From an uncultured Phycisphaerales bacterium (GTDB lineage: Bacteria > Planctomycetota > B15-G4): a DNA stretch of 64,000 bases. Both the position numbers and the translations under genes were made by a program. The notes beneath the pieces are model-generated. The model ran no database searches, had not been told where the DNA came from, and worked only from the letters and a program-made list of their open reading frames with translations. Positions 10,075-19,697 of this stretch are shown here, one piece after another (within the stretch, counting starts at the first letter, position 1; every line of letters starts with the position of its first letter). The stretch lies in assembly GCA_964490005.1 (NCBI GenBank), contig CAZBBB010000001.1, positions 19,558 through 83,557 on the forward strand, in the 5' to 3' direction.

Positions 10075-11978
10075 CGCGGCCGCTCCTGCAGCGTGAGCAG
10101 CAACGCGCGCTCCTCACCCGCACCCAGCGTGATCGACTGGTGCGCCTCGAAGCGCAGCGCTTCCCACAGCGCGGCCGGGCTGGCGGTGAGTTCGTAGCTG
10201 CCCGCCGGAAGCGGGGGCAGGCGGTAGCCTCCCGCGGCATCGGTCTGCACCTGGACGAAGACCTGCTCGCCGTGCGCGGCGACCCGCGCCCCTGCGCGCG
10301 GCAGACCGTCGCCGCCGAGCACGGTGCCCATGAGCAGCGCGCCGGCCGGGGGCTGCAGCGTGCCGAGTTCGCTCAGGCGACCTTCGACGACCTCCACCGC
10401 GCGCACGTGCAGATCGGGAGCCCCCGGCGCGCGCAGCGTCAGCGTCCACGCCCCCGGCGGGACGTGCTCGAGCAGGAAGCGGCCCTGCTCGTCGAGCGCC
10501 GCCACGAGGCCGTGGGACGGCGGCGTGGGAAAGGTCGCCTCGATCGGCAGCGAGGGGTCCCAGTCGGGCGCTCGCAGTTCGGCGCGCGCGCCCGGTGCCG
10601 GCGCGGCCAGGCGGCCCGCGATCGAGCCGCCGCGCTGCAGCGCGACGACGCATTCGACGTGCCCGCTGTCGGGCCCCAGGATCACGTCGCTGCTCTCGGC
10701 GGCGGCGAAGCCTTCGGCGCGCACGGCGAGCCGGTAGCTGCCCGGCCGCAGGCCCGTGAGGAGGAAGGCCTCGGGCGTCGCGAAGCTGCGCTCGCGCGCG
10801 ACGCCGGCCAGCAGACCGGCGCCCGTGCGCCCGTCCGGCCGGATCTCGACGGTGAAGGTGCGCGGCGGGGCGCCGTCCGCGAGCAGGCGCCCGTGCAGGC
10901 TGAGCGCGAAGCGCGCGCGCAGCAGGACGTCCTCCTCGCCGGCCTGCACCGCGACCGGCTGCGGCAGGTAGCAGCGGTAGGATTCGACGTCGATCTGGTA
11001 GCTGCCGGCGGCGATGTCGGCGAACGTGAAGCGGCCGTCGCGATCGGTGCTCGTGCGCGCGAGGAACCAGCTCGAGGGCCCCGACTCGCGGCGCGAGAGA
11101 CGCAGCGGGACGTCCGCGAGCGGACGGTCGTCGCTGCCGAGCAGCAGGCCGCCGAGGAACGAGTCGGCGGCCTGCAGCGAGAAGTCGTGGCGCGCGCCGC
11201 CGCCCACGCCGCCGAGGGCCAGCGAGATGGACGTCGACTGCGACTGATGCCCCGCCGACGAGGCCTCCACGCCGTACTGGCGCTGCGCGAGGTGCAGGAA
11301 CTCGTAGCGGCCTTCGTCGTCGGCGATCGTCTCGCGCGGCCCGCCCGTCGCGCCGCGTTGCGTGCCCGTCAGGTCGGAGAGCTGCACGCGCGCGCCGGCC
11401 AGCGGGGCGCCGGCCGCGTCGCTCACGCGTCCGTGCAGACGCAGCCCCGCGTCGAGGACCAACTCGCCGAGGTCGACCTGCGCACCATCGTCCACCGCGA
11501 CGGGCTCATGTTCGAGCAGCGCGAACTCGGGATGTTCCACCGCGAACCCGAGCGGTTCGCCCGCGGGCAGGCCCGCGAACTCGAAGCGGCCGTCGTCGCC
11601 GGTCGTGAACCGCGGCGAGAGATCCTCCCGGGTGCGCAGCAGCAGACCCTCGCCGACGCGGAAGGGCGTCACCACGGCGTCGCCGACCGGGTTGCCCGAG
11701 CGCGAAACGACGCGGCCCGCCACGGTCGTGAGCCGGTCGTCGGCGACGATGCGCTGGGGCAGGCCGATCGGCGCGGCCGGCGCGCCCGACGCCGGGGCAT
11801 CGGCCCCGGCGCCGGGCGTGCCGGCGGCCGGCAGCGCCGGTCGGGGCGCGGCCTCGGGGTGGTCGAGAGTGCCTCCCGTCGGCCCGTCCTCGCCGTTCGT
11901 CGAGGCCAACCAATAGATGCCGAACCCCGCAAAAAGGGCGAGGGCCAGCAGGATCGGCCACACGCTGCGCGTACCCAC
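10071..11978 (-). CDS. Carboxypeptidase-regulatory-like repeat surface protein, 635 aa
   Basis: N-terminal TM, a Pro/Ala linker, and about 6 GRV..xGxP..GAxV...TDxxGR(F/Y) units. Confidence 0.8.
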   Translation of the reverse strand: MGTRSVWPILLALALFAGFGIYWLASTNGEDGPTGGTLDHPEAAPRPALPAAGTPGAGADAPASGAPAAPIGLPQRIVADDRLTTVAGRVVSRSGNPVGDAVVTPFRVGEGLLLRTREDLSPRFTTGDDGRFEFAGLPAGEPLGFAVEHPEFALLEHEPVAVDDGAQVDLGELVLDAGLRLHGRVSDAAGAPLAGARVQLSDLTGTQRGATGGPRETIADDEGRYEFLHLAQRQYGVEASSAGHQSQSTSISLALGGVGGGARHDFSLQAADSFLGGLLLGSDDRPLADVPLRLSRRESGPSSWFLARTSTDRDGRFTFADIAAGSYQIDVESYRCYLPQPVAVQAGEEDVLLRARFALSLHGRLLADGAPPRTFTVEIRPDGRTGAGLLAGVARERSFATPEAFLLTGLRPGSYRLAVRAEGFAAAESSDVILGPDSGHVECVVALQRGGSIAGRLAAPAPGARAELRAPDWDPSLPIEATFPTPPSHGLVAALDEQGRFLLEHVPPGAWTLTLRAPGAPDLHVRAVEVVEGRLSELGTLQPPAGALLMGTVLGGDGLPRAGARVAAHGEQVFVQVQTDAAGGYRLPPLPAGSYELTASPAALWEALRFEAHQSITLGAGEERALLLTLQERPR

Positions 11979-12084
11979 GCACCCAGTCTACGGAGGGGGA
12001 AGGATGCGATTTCCTTGATTTTGGTGCCCAACCGGGGGCGGACGGAGGTCGATAGGCGCCCTTGTCCCCGCGGGAGCCTCACCC

Positions 12085-13551
12085 TTGCTGCGCAGCACGC
12101 CCGTCGCCGTCCTGATCACCACTCTGGCGGGATGCGCCGGGCCGACGCTCGTGGCGACCGCCCCGCAGACCTCGTCGCCGCCCGCGCAACTGCGCGCGGA
12201 GTTGCCGACGGCGCTCGCGGCGGAGCTGGCGGCGCTGCGTCTGCTCGCCGCCGGCGCCGAGGCGGTCGCGCAGCGTCAGCCGCAAGTCGCCGTCGGTCTG
12301 CTCGAGCAGGCCCTCGCCGCCGGCAGCGCGCCGGGGCCGACGCGGTACCTGCTCGGCGTGGCCCGGCTCGATCTCGGCGACGCGCACGGTGCGCTCGACG
12401 AGCTGCGCGCGGGGGCGGCGGCCGATCCGACCGACCCCGCCATTCCGTGCGCGATCGGCCGCGTGCTGCGCGAACTCGGAGACACGCGAGGTGCGGCCGA
12501 CGCGCTGCAACTCGCCACCGAACTGGCGCCCGAGGATGCGCAGCTGCGCGCCCTGCTCGGTCAACTGCGTCTCGAGGACGGCGATCTGCAGGCGGCCTTC
12601 GACGCCTTGCGCGCCGCGCTCGATCTCGACCCCGGCCTGACCGACGCGCAGCGCGGCCTGTCGCTGCTCATGCTGCAGGTCGGCGAGTCGGAGCGCGCCG
12701 AGGCCGGCTTCCGCGCGGCGCTGCAGGATCGCCCGGACGACGCCCGCCTGCACGCCGGTCTCGGACACGCGCTGCGCGATCTCGGGCGCGACGAGGAGGC
12801 CGCGGAGGCCTTCACGCGCGCCGCCGAACTCGAGCCCGGACAGCCCGCGCACCACGCCAACGCGGGAAGCGCGCTGGCCCAGATCGGGCGACTGCGCGGC
12901 GCGCGCGCGGCGCTCGAGCGGGCGCTGGCGCTGCGCGTGCCGCCGGGCGGCGAACGCGCCCTGCTGCTCATGGACTACGGCGGCGTGCTCGAGCGGCTCG
13001 GCGATCTGGACGGCGCCGAGGAGGCCTACGCCTTGGCGGCGTCGGAGGCCCCGGAGGCCGACGCGCCGCTCGAGGCGCTCGGCCTGCTGCGGCTCGATCG
13101 CGGCGATGTGCCGGGCGCGCGGGCCGACCTCGCGGCCGCCTTGGCGCGCGGCGGACTGACGGCCGAGGCGCTCGTCGAACTGGCGCTGCTGCACGAGCAG
13201 GCCGGCGACCTGGAGTCCTCGCGGCACTGCGCACGGCTGCTCGAGTCGGCGGCCTCCGAGTCGCCGCTGATCGCGTTCCGGCACGCGCAACTGCTCGTGC
13301 GCTCGGCCGACGCGTCCACGCGCGACGCCCGCCGCGCCATCGAGATCGTGCGATCGCTGCAGGACGGGCCCATCGGCGACGACGGCGCGCTGTGGGGGCT
13401 GCTGGGCGAGGCGCTCGTCGCCGAGGGGGCCTTCGAGAGCGCGCTGCAGGCCGCCGACCGCGCCCTGAGCCGGGCCGAGCCGGGCCAACCGCAGTGGCAG
13501 CGCTTCCACGACCTGCGCGCGCTGTGCCTGTCGCGTCTCGGCGAGCGCTGA
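12085..13551 (+). CDS. Tetratricopeptide-repeat lipoprotein
   Basis: Lipobox TTLAG-C; many TPR helices (A...L..ALELDP..A.AH..LG..L). Starts at TTG. Confidence 0.85.
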   Translation: MLRSTPVAVLITTLAGCAGPTLVATAPQTSSPPAQLRAELPTALAAELAALRLLAAGAEAVAQRQPQVAVGLLEQALAAGSAPGPTRYLLGVARLDLGDAHGALDELRAGAAADPTDPAIPCAIGRVLRELGDTRGAADALQLATELAPEDAQLRALLGQLRLEDGDLQAAFDALRAALDLDPGLTDAQRGLSLLMLQVGESERAEAGFRAALQDRPDDARLHAGLGHALRDLGRDEEAAEAFTRAAELEPGQPAHHANAGSALAQIGRLRGARAALERALALRVPPGGERALLLMDYGGVLERLGDLDGAEEAYALAASEAPEADAPLEALGLLRLDRGDVPGARADLAAALARGGLTAEALVELALLHEQAGDLESSRHCARLLESAASESPLIAFRHAQLLVRSADASTRDARRAIEIVRSLQDGPIGDDGALWGLLGEALVAEGAFESALQAADRALSRAEPGQPQWQRFHDLRALCLSRLGER

Positions 13552-13566
13552 ACGTATCCTGAGCGG

Positions 13567-13731
13567 ATGTCCCTGCCGCGCATCGTGCAGCTCGCCGGCC
13601 TGCTGTTCGTCACGTACGTGATGGTCGAGTCGTACCGCGTCTCCGACATGACCTTCCAGTTCGGCGGGCTGACGCTGGGCGCCGCGCTGTTCGTCGCGGG
13701 GCGCTGGTGGGAGTCGCGCACGGCGCGCTGA
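13567..13731 (+). CDS. Small 54-aa two-TM membrane protein (below the ORF-track cutoff)
   Basis: MSLPRIVQLAGLLFVTYVMVESYRVSDMTFQFGGLTLGAALFVAGRWWESRTAR*; GC3-rich codons like its neighbours; it fills the gap between the TPR gene and xerC. Confidence 0.65.
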   Translation: MSLPRIVQLAGLLFVTYVMVESYRVSDMTFQFGGLTLGAALFVAGRWWESRTAR

Positions 13732-13747
13732 ACCCCGCGCGGGCGGC

Positions 13748-14632
13748 TCAGGCGCGCGGGTGCGTCCGCTCGTAGACGTCCTTGAGACGGCCGATCGAGA
13801 CGTGCGTGTAGACCTGCGTCGTCGACAGGCTCTCGTGGCCGAGCAGCTCCTGCACGACGCGCAGATCGGCGCCGCGGTCGAGCAGGTGCGTCGCGAAGCT
13901 GTGGCGCAGCGTGTGCGGGCTCGTCTCGCGCGACAGGCCCGCAGCCACGGCGTGGTGCTTCACGAGACGCGCGATGCTGCGAGTGCCGAGGCGCCGGCCG
14001 TCGCGCTGGTTGGTGAACAGCGCCACCTCGCCCGGCCGTCTGCGCGCCTGTGCCAGGCGAGCGCGCTCGGGCAGCCAGGCGCGCAGGGCTTCGACGGCGG
14101 GTGTGCCGAGCAGCGCCAGGCGTTCCTTGCCGCCCTTGCCGAGGACGCGCGCCGAGCCGGCCTGCAGGTCGACGTCGGGCAGGTCGAGGCCCGAGCACTC
14201 CTGCACGCGCAGTCCGCCCGAGTAGAGCACCTCGAGCACGGCCCGATCGCGCAGGCCGGGCATGCCGCTGGTGTCGGGCGCGGCGAGCAGCCGCAGCACG
14301 GCCTGTTCGTCGAGCGCGCGGGGCAGGGCGCGGCCTTTGCGGGGCGACCGCAGCGCCCGGCTCGGGTCGGCGGGAATGCGGCCTGTCGCCGCCAGCCAAC
14401 CGAAGAACCCGCGCAGCGCGGCCTGCTTGCGCGCCAGCGTGGCGCGGCTCGGTGCCGGCAGCGCCGCCAGCCACTCGCGCAGCAGCAGCGTGTCGATCCG
14501 CGCCGGCTGCGAGGCGCCCTGCGCGGCCGCGAACTCGAGCAGCGCCGAGATGTCGGCGCCGTAAGCGCGCAGCGTGTGCTCGCTGGCGTGACGGGTCTCG
14601 CGCAGGTGGGCCAGCCAGGCCGTCAGGAGCAT
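13748..14632 (-). CDS. xerC: Tyrosine recombinase XerC/XerD
   Basis: ATG 14632; SEHTLRAY, LYSGGLRVQE (R), GKGGKER (K), HTLRHSFATHLL (HxxR) and LGHESLSTTQVY (H/Y). ~294 aa, with no phage-integrase arm domain. Confidence 0.92.
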   Translation of the reverse strand: MLLTAWLAHLRETRHASEHTLRAYGADISALLEFAAAQGASQPARIDTLLLREWLAALPAPSRATLARKQAALRGFFGWLAATGRIPADPSRALRSPRKGRALPRALDEQAVLRLLAAPDTSGMPGLRDRAVLEVLYSGGLRVQECSGLDLPDVDLQAGSARVLGKGGKERLALLGTPAVEALRAWLPERARLAQARRRPGEVALFTNQRDGRRLGTRSIARLVKHHAVAAGLSRETSPHTLRHSFATHLLDRGADLRVVQELLGHESLSTTQVYTHVSIGRLKDVYERTHPRA

Positions 14633-14685
14633 GCGACCAAGATGCGGGGCGGCCCGGGCCCGCTCAAGCGCCAAGCGGCGCCCCG

Positions 14686-14691
14686 TACAAT
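14686..14691 (+). promoter_or_regulatory. Putative -10 element TACAAT, 8 nt before the pabB GTG
   Basis: Near-consensus hexamer in the 67-bp xerC/pabB divergent gap; no Shine-Dalgarno sequence. Confidence 0.6.
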
Positions 14692-14699
14692 CCGCCGGC

Positions 14700-16073
14700 G
14701 TGTCCCGGATCGTGACGCTGCCGGTGGCTGCCGGCCCGCCGCTCGCCGAGCTGGCGGCGTTGATCGACGACACGCGTCGGCCGGTGCTGTTCGACGGCGG
14801 CGTGCGCGCGTCCGGCCTGGCCTGCTGGAACTTCCTGGCCTTCGATCCCGACGAGGTGCTCGAGCTCGAGGCGAGCGGGTCGCGACAGGCCTTCGAGGCG
14901 GTCGACGAACTCCTCGCGCGGCGCTGGCCCGGGGCCTGCCGTGCGGCGGCGGACGCGGAGCTGCCGCCTTTCACCGGAGGGCTTGCGGGCTGGCTGGGTT
15001 ACGACCTCGGGCGGCAGCTCGAGCGCTGGCCGGCGCGCGCGCGACCCGATGCCGATCTGCCGGACGCGTGCCTCGGGGCCTACGAATTCGTGCTGGCCGA
15101 GCACCTGCCGAGCGGCAGGCGACTGATCGCGGGACGCGGCTCGCGGGCGCGCGCGGAGCGCTTCCTGGCGGAGGTCGAGGCACTCGCGCGGCACGCACGT
15201 CGCGTGCCGGCCGTCGGCGCCGTCGGCGGCCGCCCGATCGGTTCGTTCGATCGCGCCGGCTACGAGCGCGCCGTGGGTCGGGTGCGCGAACGGATCCTCG
15301 AGGGCGACGTCTATCAGGTGAACCTGTGCCAGCGCTGGGAGGTCGCGTACGAGGGCCGGCTGGAGGGGCTGCAGGCGGCCCTGCGCGAACGCTTTCCGGG
15401 AGCCTTCGGCGCGCTGCTCCGCACGCCGCGCGCGGCGGTGGTCTCGAGTTCGCCCGAGTTGTTCGTCCGCCGCCGCGGCGCGCACGTCGAGAGCCGTCCG
15501 ATCAAGGGCACGCGTCCGCGTGGTCGCGACGCCGCACAGGACGAGCGCCTGCGCGCGGAACTCGAGGCCTCGCCCAAGGAGATCGCGGAGCTGTCGATGA
15601 TCGTGGACCTCGTCCGCAACGACCTGGGGCGATCGGCGGTGCTCGGCAGCGTGCAGGTCGACCCGGCCTTCGACACCGAGGCCTGGCCGACGGTGTTCCA
15701 CCGCGTCGCGCGCGTGCGCTGCGAGGTCGATGCGGGCGCTCCGGCCGGGCCGATCATCGCCGCCGCCTTCCCGCCGGCGTCGGTCACGGGGACCCCCAAG
15801 ATCTCGGCGCTGGCCCTGATCGAGGACCTCGAGCCCGTCCGGCGGCACGTCTATACCGGCGCGATCGGCTGGGTCGGCGCCGAGGGTGACTTCGACCTCT
15901 CGGTCGCCATCCGCATCGCGACGCTCGTCGACGGCCGGCTGCTGCTGCCCTTCGGCAGCGGGATCACGCTGGCATCCGACCCGTCCGCCGAGTACGAGGA
16001 GACCCTGCACAAGGCGGCGGCGCTGTTCGCGGCGCTGTCGCTGCCCCTGCCCGGATCGGAAAGCCTGACCTGA
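14700..16073 (+). CDS. pabB: Aminodeoxychorismate synthase component I (anthranilate-synthase-like)
   Basis: GDVYQVNL, SSSPELF, PIKGTRPRG, MIVDLVRNDLG, FPPASVTGTPK and YTGAIGW. GTG 14700 lies 8 nt after TACAAT. Confidence 0.9.
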   Translation: MSRIVTLPVAAGPPLAELAALIDDTRRPVLFDGGVRASGLACWNFLAFDPDEVLELEASGSRQAFEAVDELLARRWPGACRAAADAELPPFTGGLAGWLGYDLGRQLERWPARARPDADLPDACLGAYEFVLAEHLPSGRRLIAGRGSRARAERFLAEVEALARHARRVPAVGAVGGRPIGSFDRAGYERAVGRVRERILEGDVYQVNLCQRWEVAYEGRLEGLQAALRERFPGAFGALLRTPRAAVVSSSPELFVRRRGAHVESRPIKGTRPRGRDAAQDERLRAELEASPKEIAELSMIVDLVRNDLGRSAVLGSVQVDPAFDTEAWPTVFHRVARVRCEVDAGAPAGPIIAAAFPPASVTGTPKISALALIEDLEPVRRHVYTGAIGWVGAEGDFDLSVAIRIATLVDGRLLLPFGSGITLASDPSAEYEETLHKAAALFAALSLPLPGSESLT

Positions 16074-16075
16074 CC

Positions 16076-16939
16076 ATGCACGCGTACGTCTGGCTCGACG
16101 GCGAGGTCGTTCCGGCCGCCCGCGCCGCGGTCTCGGTCTTCGATCGCACGCTGCTCTACGGTCTGGGCGCCTTCGAGACCTTCCGCCTGCACGGCGGAGA
16201 GCCGTTTCTCGTCGATCGGCACGTCGAGCGCCTGCAGCGCTCGCTGGCGGCCGTCGGGCTGCCGGCGCCCGCGGCGCTCGCGGGCCTGCCGTCCGGCGTT
16301 CGTGAGCTGGCGGCGCGCAACGACGCGCCCAACACGCTGTGCCGCGTCACGGTCACCGCCGGCGCCGGCCCGGACCTCGGTGCGGGGTGCGCCCCGTCCC
16401 GGGCGGTGGCGATCCTGCGCGCGGTGCCGCCGCCGGCGCGGGCTCCGGTAAGCGTGGGGATCGCGCCGTTCCTGCACGATCGCCGCTCGCCGCTCGCCGG
16501 GGTCAAGACCACCAGCTACCTGCAGCACTACCTGCAGCGCGACGCGGCCGAGACGGCGGGTCGACTGGACGACCTGATGATCGACGAGGACGGCTGCATC
16601 ACCGAGGGGACCGTTTCGAACGCCTTCGCGGTGCGCGACGGGCGCCTGATCACGCCCCCCGTGAGCGTGGCCATCCTCGCCGGCGTGACCCGCGGCGTCG
16701 TGCTCGAGTTGGCGCGGGCGTCGGGGGTCCCGGTGGACGAGCGCCCCCTGCCCCTCGGCGAGTTGGAGCGCGTGGACGAGTTCTTCCTGACCGGTGCGGG
16801 CAAGTGCCTGGTCGCCGCCGATCTCGTCGGGGAGCGCACCCTGCCCGCGCGACGCCCGGTGACGACGTCCCTGCGGTCGGCACTGATCGCGCGCATCGCG
16901 TCGGAGTGCCGGGTGGCCGCCGACACGATCCGGATCTGA
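16076..16939 (+). CDS. pabC: Aminotransferase class IV, probably 4-amino-4-deoxychorismate lyase
   Basis: DRTLLYGLGAFET, GVKTTSY (PLP Lys), EGTVSNAF and ILAGVTR; directly follows pabB. Confidence 0.8.
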   Translation: MHAYVWLDGEVVPAARAAVSVFDRTLLYGLGAFETFRLHGGEPFLVDRHVERLQRSLAAVGLPAPAALAGLPSGVRELAARNDAPNTLCRVTVTAGAGPDLGAGCAPSRAVAILRAVPPPARAPVSVGIAPFLHDRRSPLAGVKTTSYLQHYLQRDAAETAGRLDDLMIDEDGCITEGTVSNAFAVRDGRLITPPVSVAILAGVTRGVVLELARASGVPVDERPLPLGELERVDEFFLTGAGKCLVAADLVGERTLPARRPVTTSLRSALIARIASECRVAADTIRI

Positions 16940-17017
16940 GATCCGAGGGACCTCGGCGGGCGGGGGAGTCGTGCTGCTAGGATGTCCGGCTCGTCCGCCC
17001 GACCCGAGGTCCGCCGC

Positions 17018-17851
17018 ATGCCGGCTTGGTCGTCCGTCCGCGCCTGTCTGGCCGTCGTCTGTCTGGCGGGCGCGGCGGCGCCGCTCATGCCCGACGATGG
17101 CCCCGACGAGACGGCGCTGGCGATGGTGGCGCAGATCGACGCGGCGCTCGACGCGCACGACGCCGAGGCCATCCAGGACGCGCTGCGTCGGCTCGAGGGC
17201 GTCTACGCGCAGGTCGGCGACAAGACGCTCAAGAAGGTCCTCAAGGCCGTCGGCCAGGTCTTCCGCGAGTTCAAGCCGCGCATCGATGCCGGGTTGCCGG
17301 TCCTGCCGCCGGCACCCGGAGACACCGGCGACGAGGTGATCCTCGAAGATCCGCGCGTGGAGATCCTGGCCTGCTACCGCATGGCCGTGGGGCTGATGTA
17401 CGACAAACCGCAGGGCGCCGACGTGCTGCTGCCCGTGCTCAAGCTGCCGCACGTGAAGAACTGGCCCGAGGTCGTGGCCCTGATCGTGCAGGGACTCGGC
17501 TATCGGCAGGATCCGACGCTCACGAAGGCGATCGCGCCGTGGCTCGCGGCCGATTCGGCGGCGTTGGCTTCGGCGGCGGCGGCGGCGCTCGGGCAGTTGC
17601 ACGAAAAACCCGTCGAGGCGCGGCGCGAGGCCGTTGCCGCGCTCGTCGATGAGTTCCAGCGCGCGTACGACGAGGCCGCCAAGGAGGCGCGCAAGCTGCG
17701 CGAGGGCGACGCCGCGCCGGCCGCCGATCGCCTGGCGTCGATGCAGGTGGCCTTCACCGAGTCGCTCACGATGCTGACGCGGGCGACGTGCGCCGATCCG
17801 CCCGCGTGGAGCGCCTGGTTCTCGGCCCGAGGGAGGGAGTCGGACTGGTGA
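17018..17851 (+). CDS. Exported all-helical (HEAT/ARM-like) hypothetical protein
   Basis: Signal peptide MPAWSSVRACLAVVCLAGAAA, then amphipathic helices. TGcTAGGAT (-10 at 16978-16983) overlaps the track start at 16982, so ATG 17018 is preferred. Confidence 0.6.
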   Translation: MPAWSSVRACLAVVCLAGAAAPLMPDDGPDETALAMVAQIDAALDAHDAEAIQDALRRLEGVYAQVGDKTLKKVLKAVGQVFREFKPRIDAGLPVLPPAPGDTGDEVILEDPRVEILACYRMAVGLMYDKPQGADVLLPVLKLPHVKNWPEVVALIVQGLGYRQDPTLTKAIAPWLAADSAALASAAAAALGQLHEKPVEARREAVAALVDEFQRAYDEAAKEARKLREGDAAPAADRLASMQVAFTESLTMLTRATCADPPAWSAWFSARGRESDW

Positions 17852-18423
17852 ACCTCGGGACGCTCGTGCGTGAGCGGCTCATCGATCCCGTCCGACGCGC
17901 CCAAGGCTCCCCGGTGTCCATCGCCCGGGGCACCGCGCTCGGCCTGTGGATCAGTTTCACGCCGACCGTCGGCATCCAGATGTTCCTCGTCACGGCGATC
18001 GGCATTCCGCTCAAGGCCAATCTGCCGATCGCGATCGCGCTCGTCTGGCTGAGCAACCCCGTCACGATCATCCCGCTGTACTACAGCTACTACTGGTTGG
18101 GCGCGGTGCTTCTCGGCGAGGGCGCGCGCGGTTACGGCGAACTCACGGAGGTGCTGCTGCGCCCGATCCGCGCGATCGAGGACGGCTCGACCGGCTTCCT
18201 CGACAGCCTCGGGTTGCTGGGCGGCGAGGTGCTGGTCCCGCTGATGGTCGGGTCCGTCGTGGTCGCCACGGCGCTCGCCATACCCGGCTACCATGTCGCG
18301 CTCCGCATGGCGACGCGGCGGCTGGCGCGACGACTCGAGGAAGAGGCGCGCGCGGCCGCCGTCGAAGCCGGCGGTCAGCCCGCTCCGCCCGCCCCCGTCG
18401 TGGAGGAATCCCGCCGCCCATGA
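17848..18423 (+). CDS. DUF2062-family membrane protein
   Basis: GTGA overlap; SPVSIARGTALGLWISFTPTVGIQ and WLSNPVTIIPLYYSYYWLG are the characteristic DUF2062 pattern. Confidence 0.85.
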   Translation: MNLGTLVRERLIDPVRRAQGSPVSIARGTALGLWISFTPTVGIQMFLVTAIGIPLKANLPIAIALVWLSNPVTIIPLYYSYYWLGAVLLGEGARGYGELTEVLLRPIRAIEDGSTGFLDSLGLLGGEVLVPLMVGSVVVATALAIPGYHVALRMATRRLARRLEEEARAAAVEAGGQPAPPAPVVEESRRP

Positions 18424-19697
18424 ACGGAGTTCGCGAGAGCGGGCGCGGCGGCGATCGGGGGAGCCGCGGGCGACGGGTCCTCGGCCTGGCGGTGTCGCTG
18501 GCGATCGCCTCGCTGGCCACGGCGGTCTGGGCGCTGTGGTCGCGCCAGACCCTGAGGGCGGAGATCCCGCGGCACGAGGAGCGCCTGCGCGACGAAGTCG
18601 TTCGTGCCATGGACGCCGCCGTGGAGCACGAGCGCGGGTTGGGGCAGCGTGCCGTGGCGCAGGCCGAGGAGCGGCACCGTGTCGCAGTCGACGCGCTGCA
18701 GCTCCGGCACCTTTCGGAGGTCGAAGCGCTGGCCGCGGAGGCTGCCGGCAAGGCCGACGAGGTCGCGGCGCTGCAGTCGGATCGGATCGTGCTCGAGCGG
18801 GACCTCGTCGAGGCGCGTCGGCGCGGCGACGAGTCGGAGAGCGAGCTGGCGGCGGCGCGCGCCGAACTCGAGGTGCTCGTGGACGAGCGCGAGGCGTCGC
18901 GCCGGACCTACAACGAACTCGTCGGACGCAATGCACGGCTGCTCGAGCAGGTGCTCGAGCGCGACCGGCGACTCGATGCCTTGGGCGCGAAGCTGGCCGA
19001 ACTCGCGGCGCGCGGCCCCGAACGGTCGTCGGTCGTCGAGTCGCCCGAGCCCGGGCAGGTGCCGCTGGCCGCCCGGTTCAACGAGGCGCTGCGGGCCGCG
19101 GGAGCCGAGCGCATCACGGTCGTGCAGGTGGCGTCGGTGGGCCTGGGAGGCGCACGCGACCTGCTCGTGCGGCTCGAGCCGCTCGACGGGGCGGCCGAGG
19201 CCCTCGTGATCGGCGTGGAGCGCGCGGTGCTCACGTCGAGCGAAGGGCGCGTGTCGCTCGCGCTGCTCGGCGCGCGCGAGGCGGCCGACGACCAACCGTT
19301 CGATCTCCCGGTGCCACTGCCGGAGTTCGATGCCCCCGGCTGGGCGGCGCTGGGGCTGGAGATCCCGGCGGCGGGGCCGCCGCTGTCGCGCGTCAGGCAG
19401 GCATTGGCCGCACTCGTCGCGCCGGGCGGCTGGAGCGTGGCGTCGCTGGGTTCCTTCGACGGGACGCAGCTTGCGGATCTGGAACTGCGGCAGGTCGACG
19501 AGCGCGGGCAGGTCCTGCGCTCGCTCTTCGCGCCGCGCGCGACGGTCGACGCGACCGTGCAGGTCCTCGAACTGCACGGAGGTTCGGTGGCGGTCGGAGG
19601 TGAAGTGCGCCCGTTCTATGACGGGCTGTACCGGCTGGCGCTGCACGGAGCGGATGCCGCCGGTTGGTACCAGGCGATCGGGGTCGTGCCGCCGTGA
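18420..19697 (+). CDS. Membrane-anchored coiled-coil protein with a beta-rich C-terminal region
   Basis: ATGA overlap; TM VLGLAVSLAIASLATAVWALW, a long E/A/R/L heptad stretch, then beta-strand-rich repeats. Confidence 0.65.
   Translation: MNGVRESGRGGDRGSRGRRVLGLAVSLAIASLATAVWALWSRQTLRAEIPRHEERLRDEVVRAMDAAVEHERGLGQRAVAQAEERHRVAVDALQLRHLSEVEALAAEAAGKADEVAALQSDRIVLERDLVEARRRGDESESELAAARAELEVLVDEREASRRTYNELVGRNARLLEQVLERDRRLDALGAKLAELAARGPERSSVVESPEPGQVPLAARFNEALRAAGAERITVVQVASVGLGGARDLLVRLEPLDGAAEALVIGVERAVLTSSEGRVSLALLGAREAADDQPFDLPVPLPEFDAPGWAALGLEIPAAGPPLSRVRQALAALVAPGGWSVASLGSFDGTQLADLELRQVDERGQVLRSLFAPRATVDATVQVLELHGGSVAVGGEVRPFYDGLYRLALHGADAAGWYQAIGVVPP

Noticed and set aside
13748-14632. 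Possible phage or island integrase
   Set aside because: Its size and motifs fit housekeeping XerC/D; the flanks are core genes, and I saw no att repeats, phage genes or dif site.
16982-17017. Track start ATG 16982 for the helical protein
   Set aside because: It overlaps a TGcTAGGAT -10-like element; ATG 17018 gives a cleaner signal peptide.
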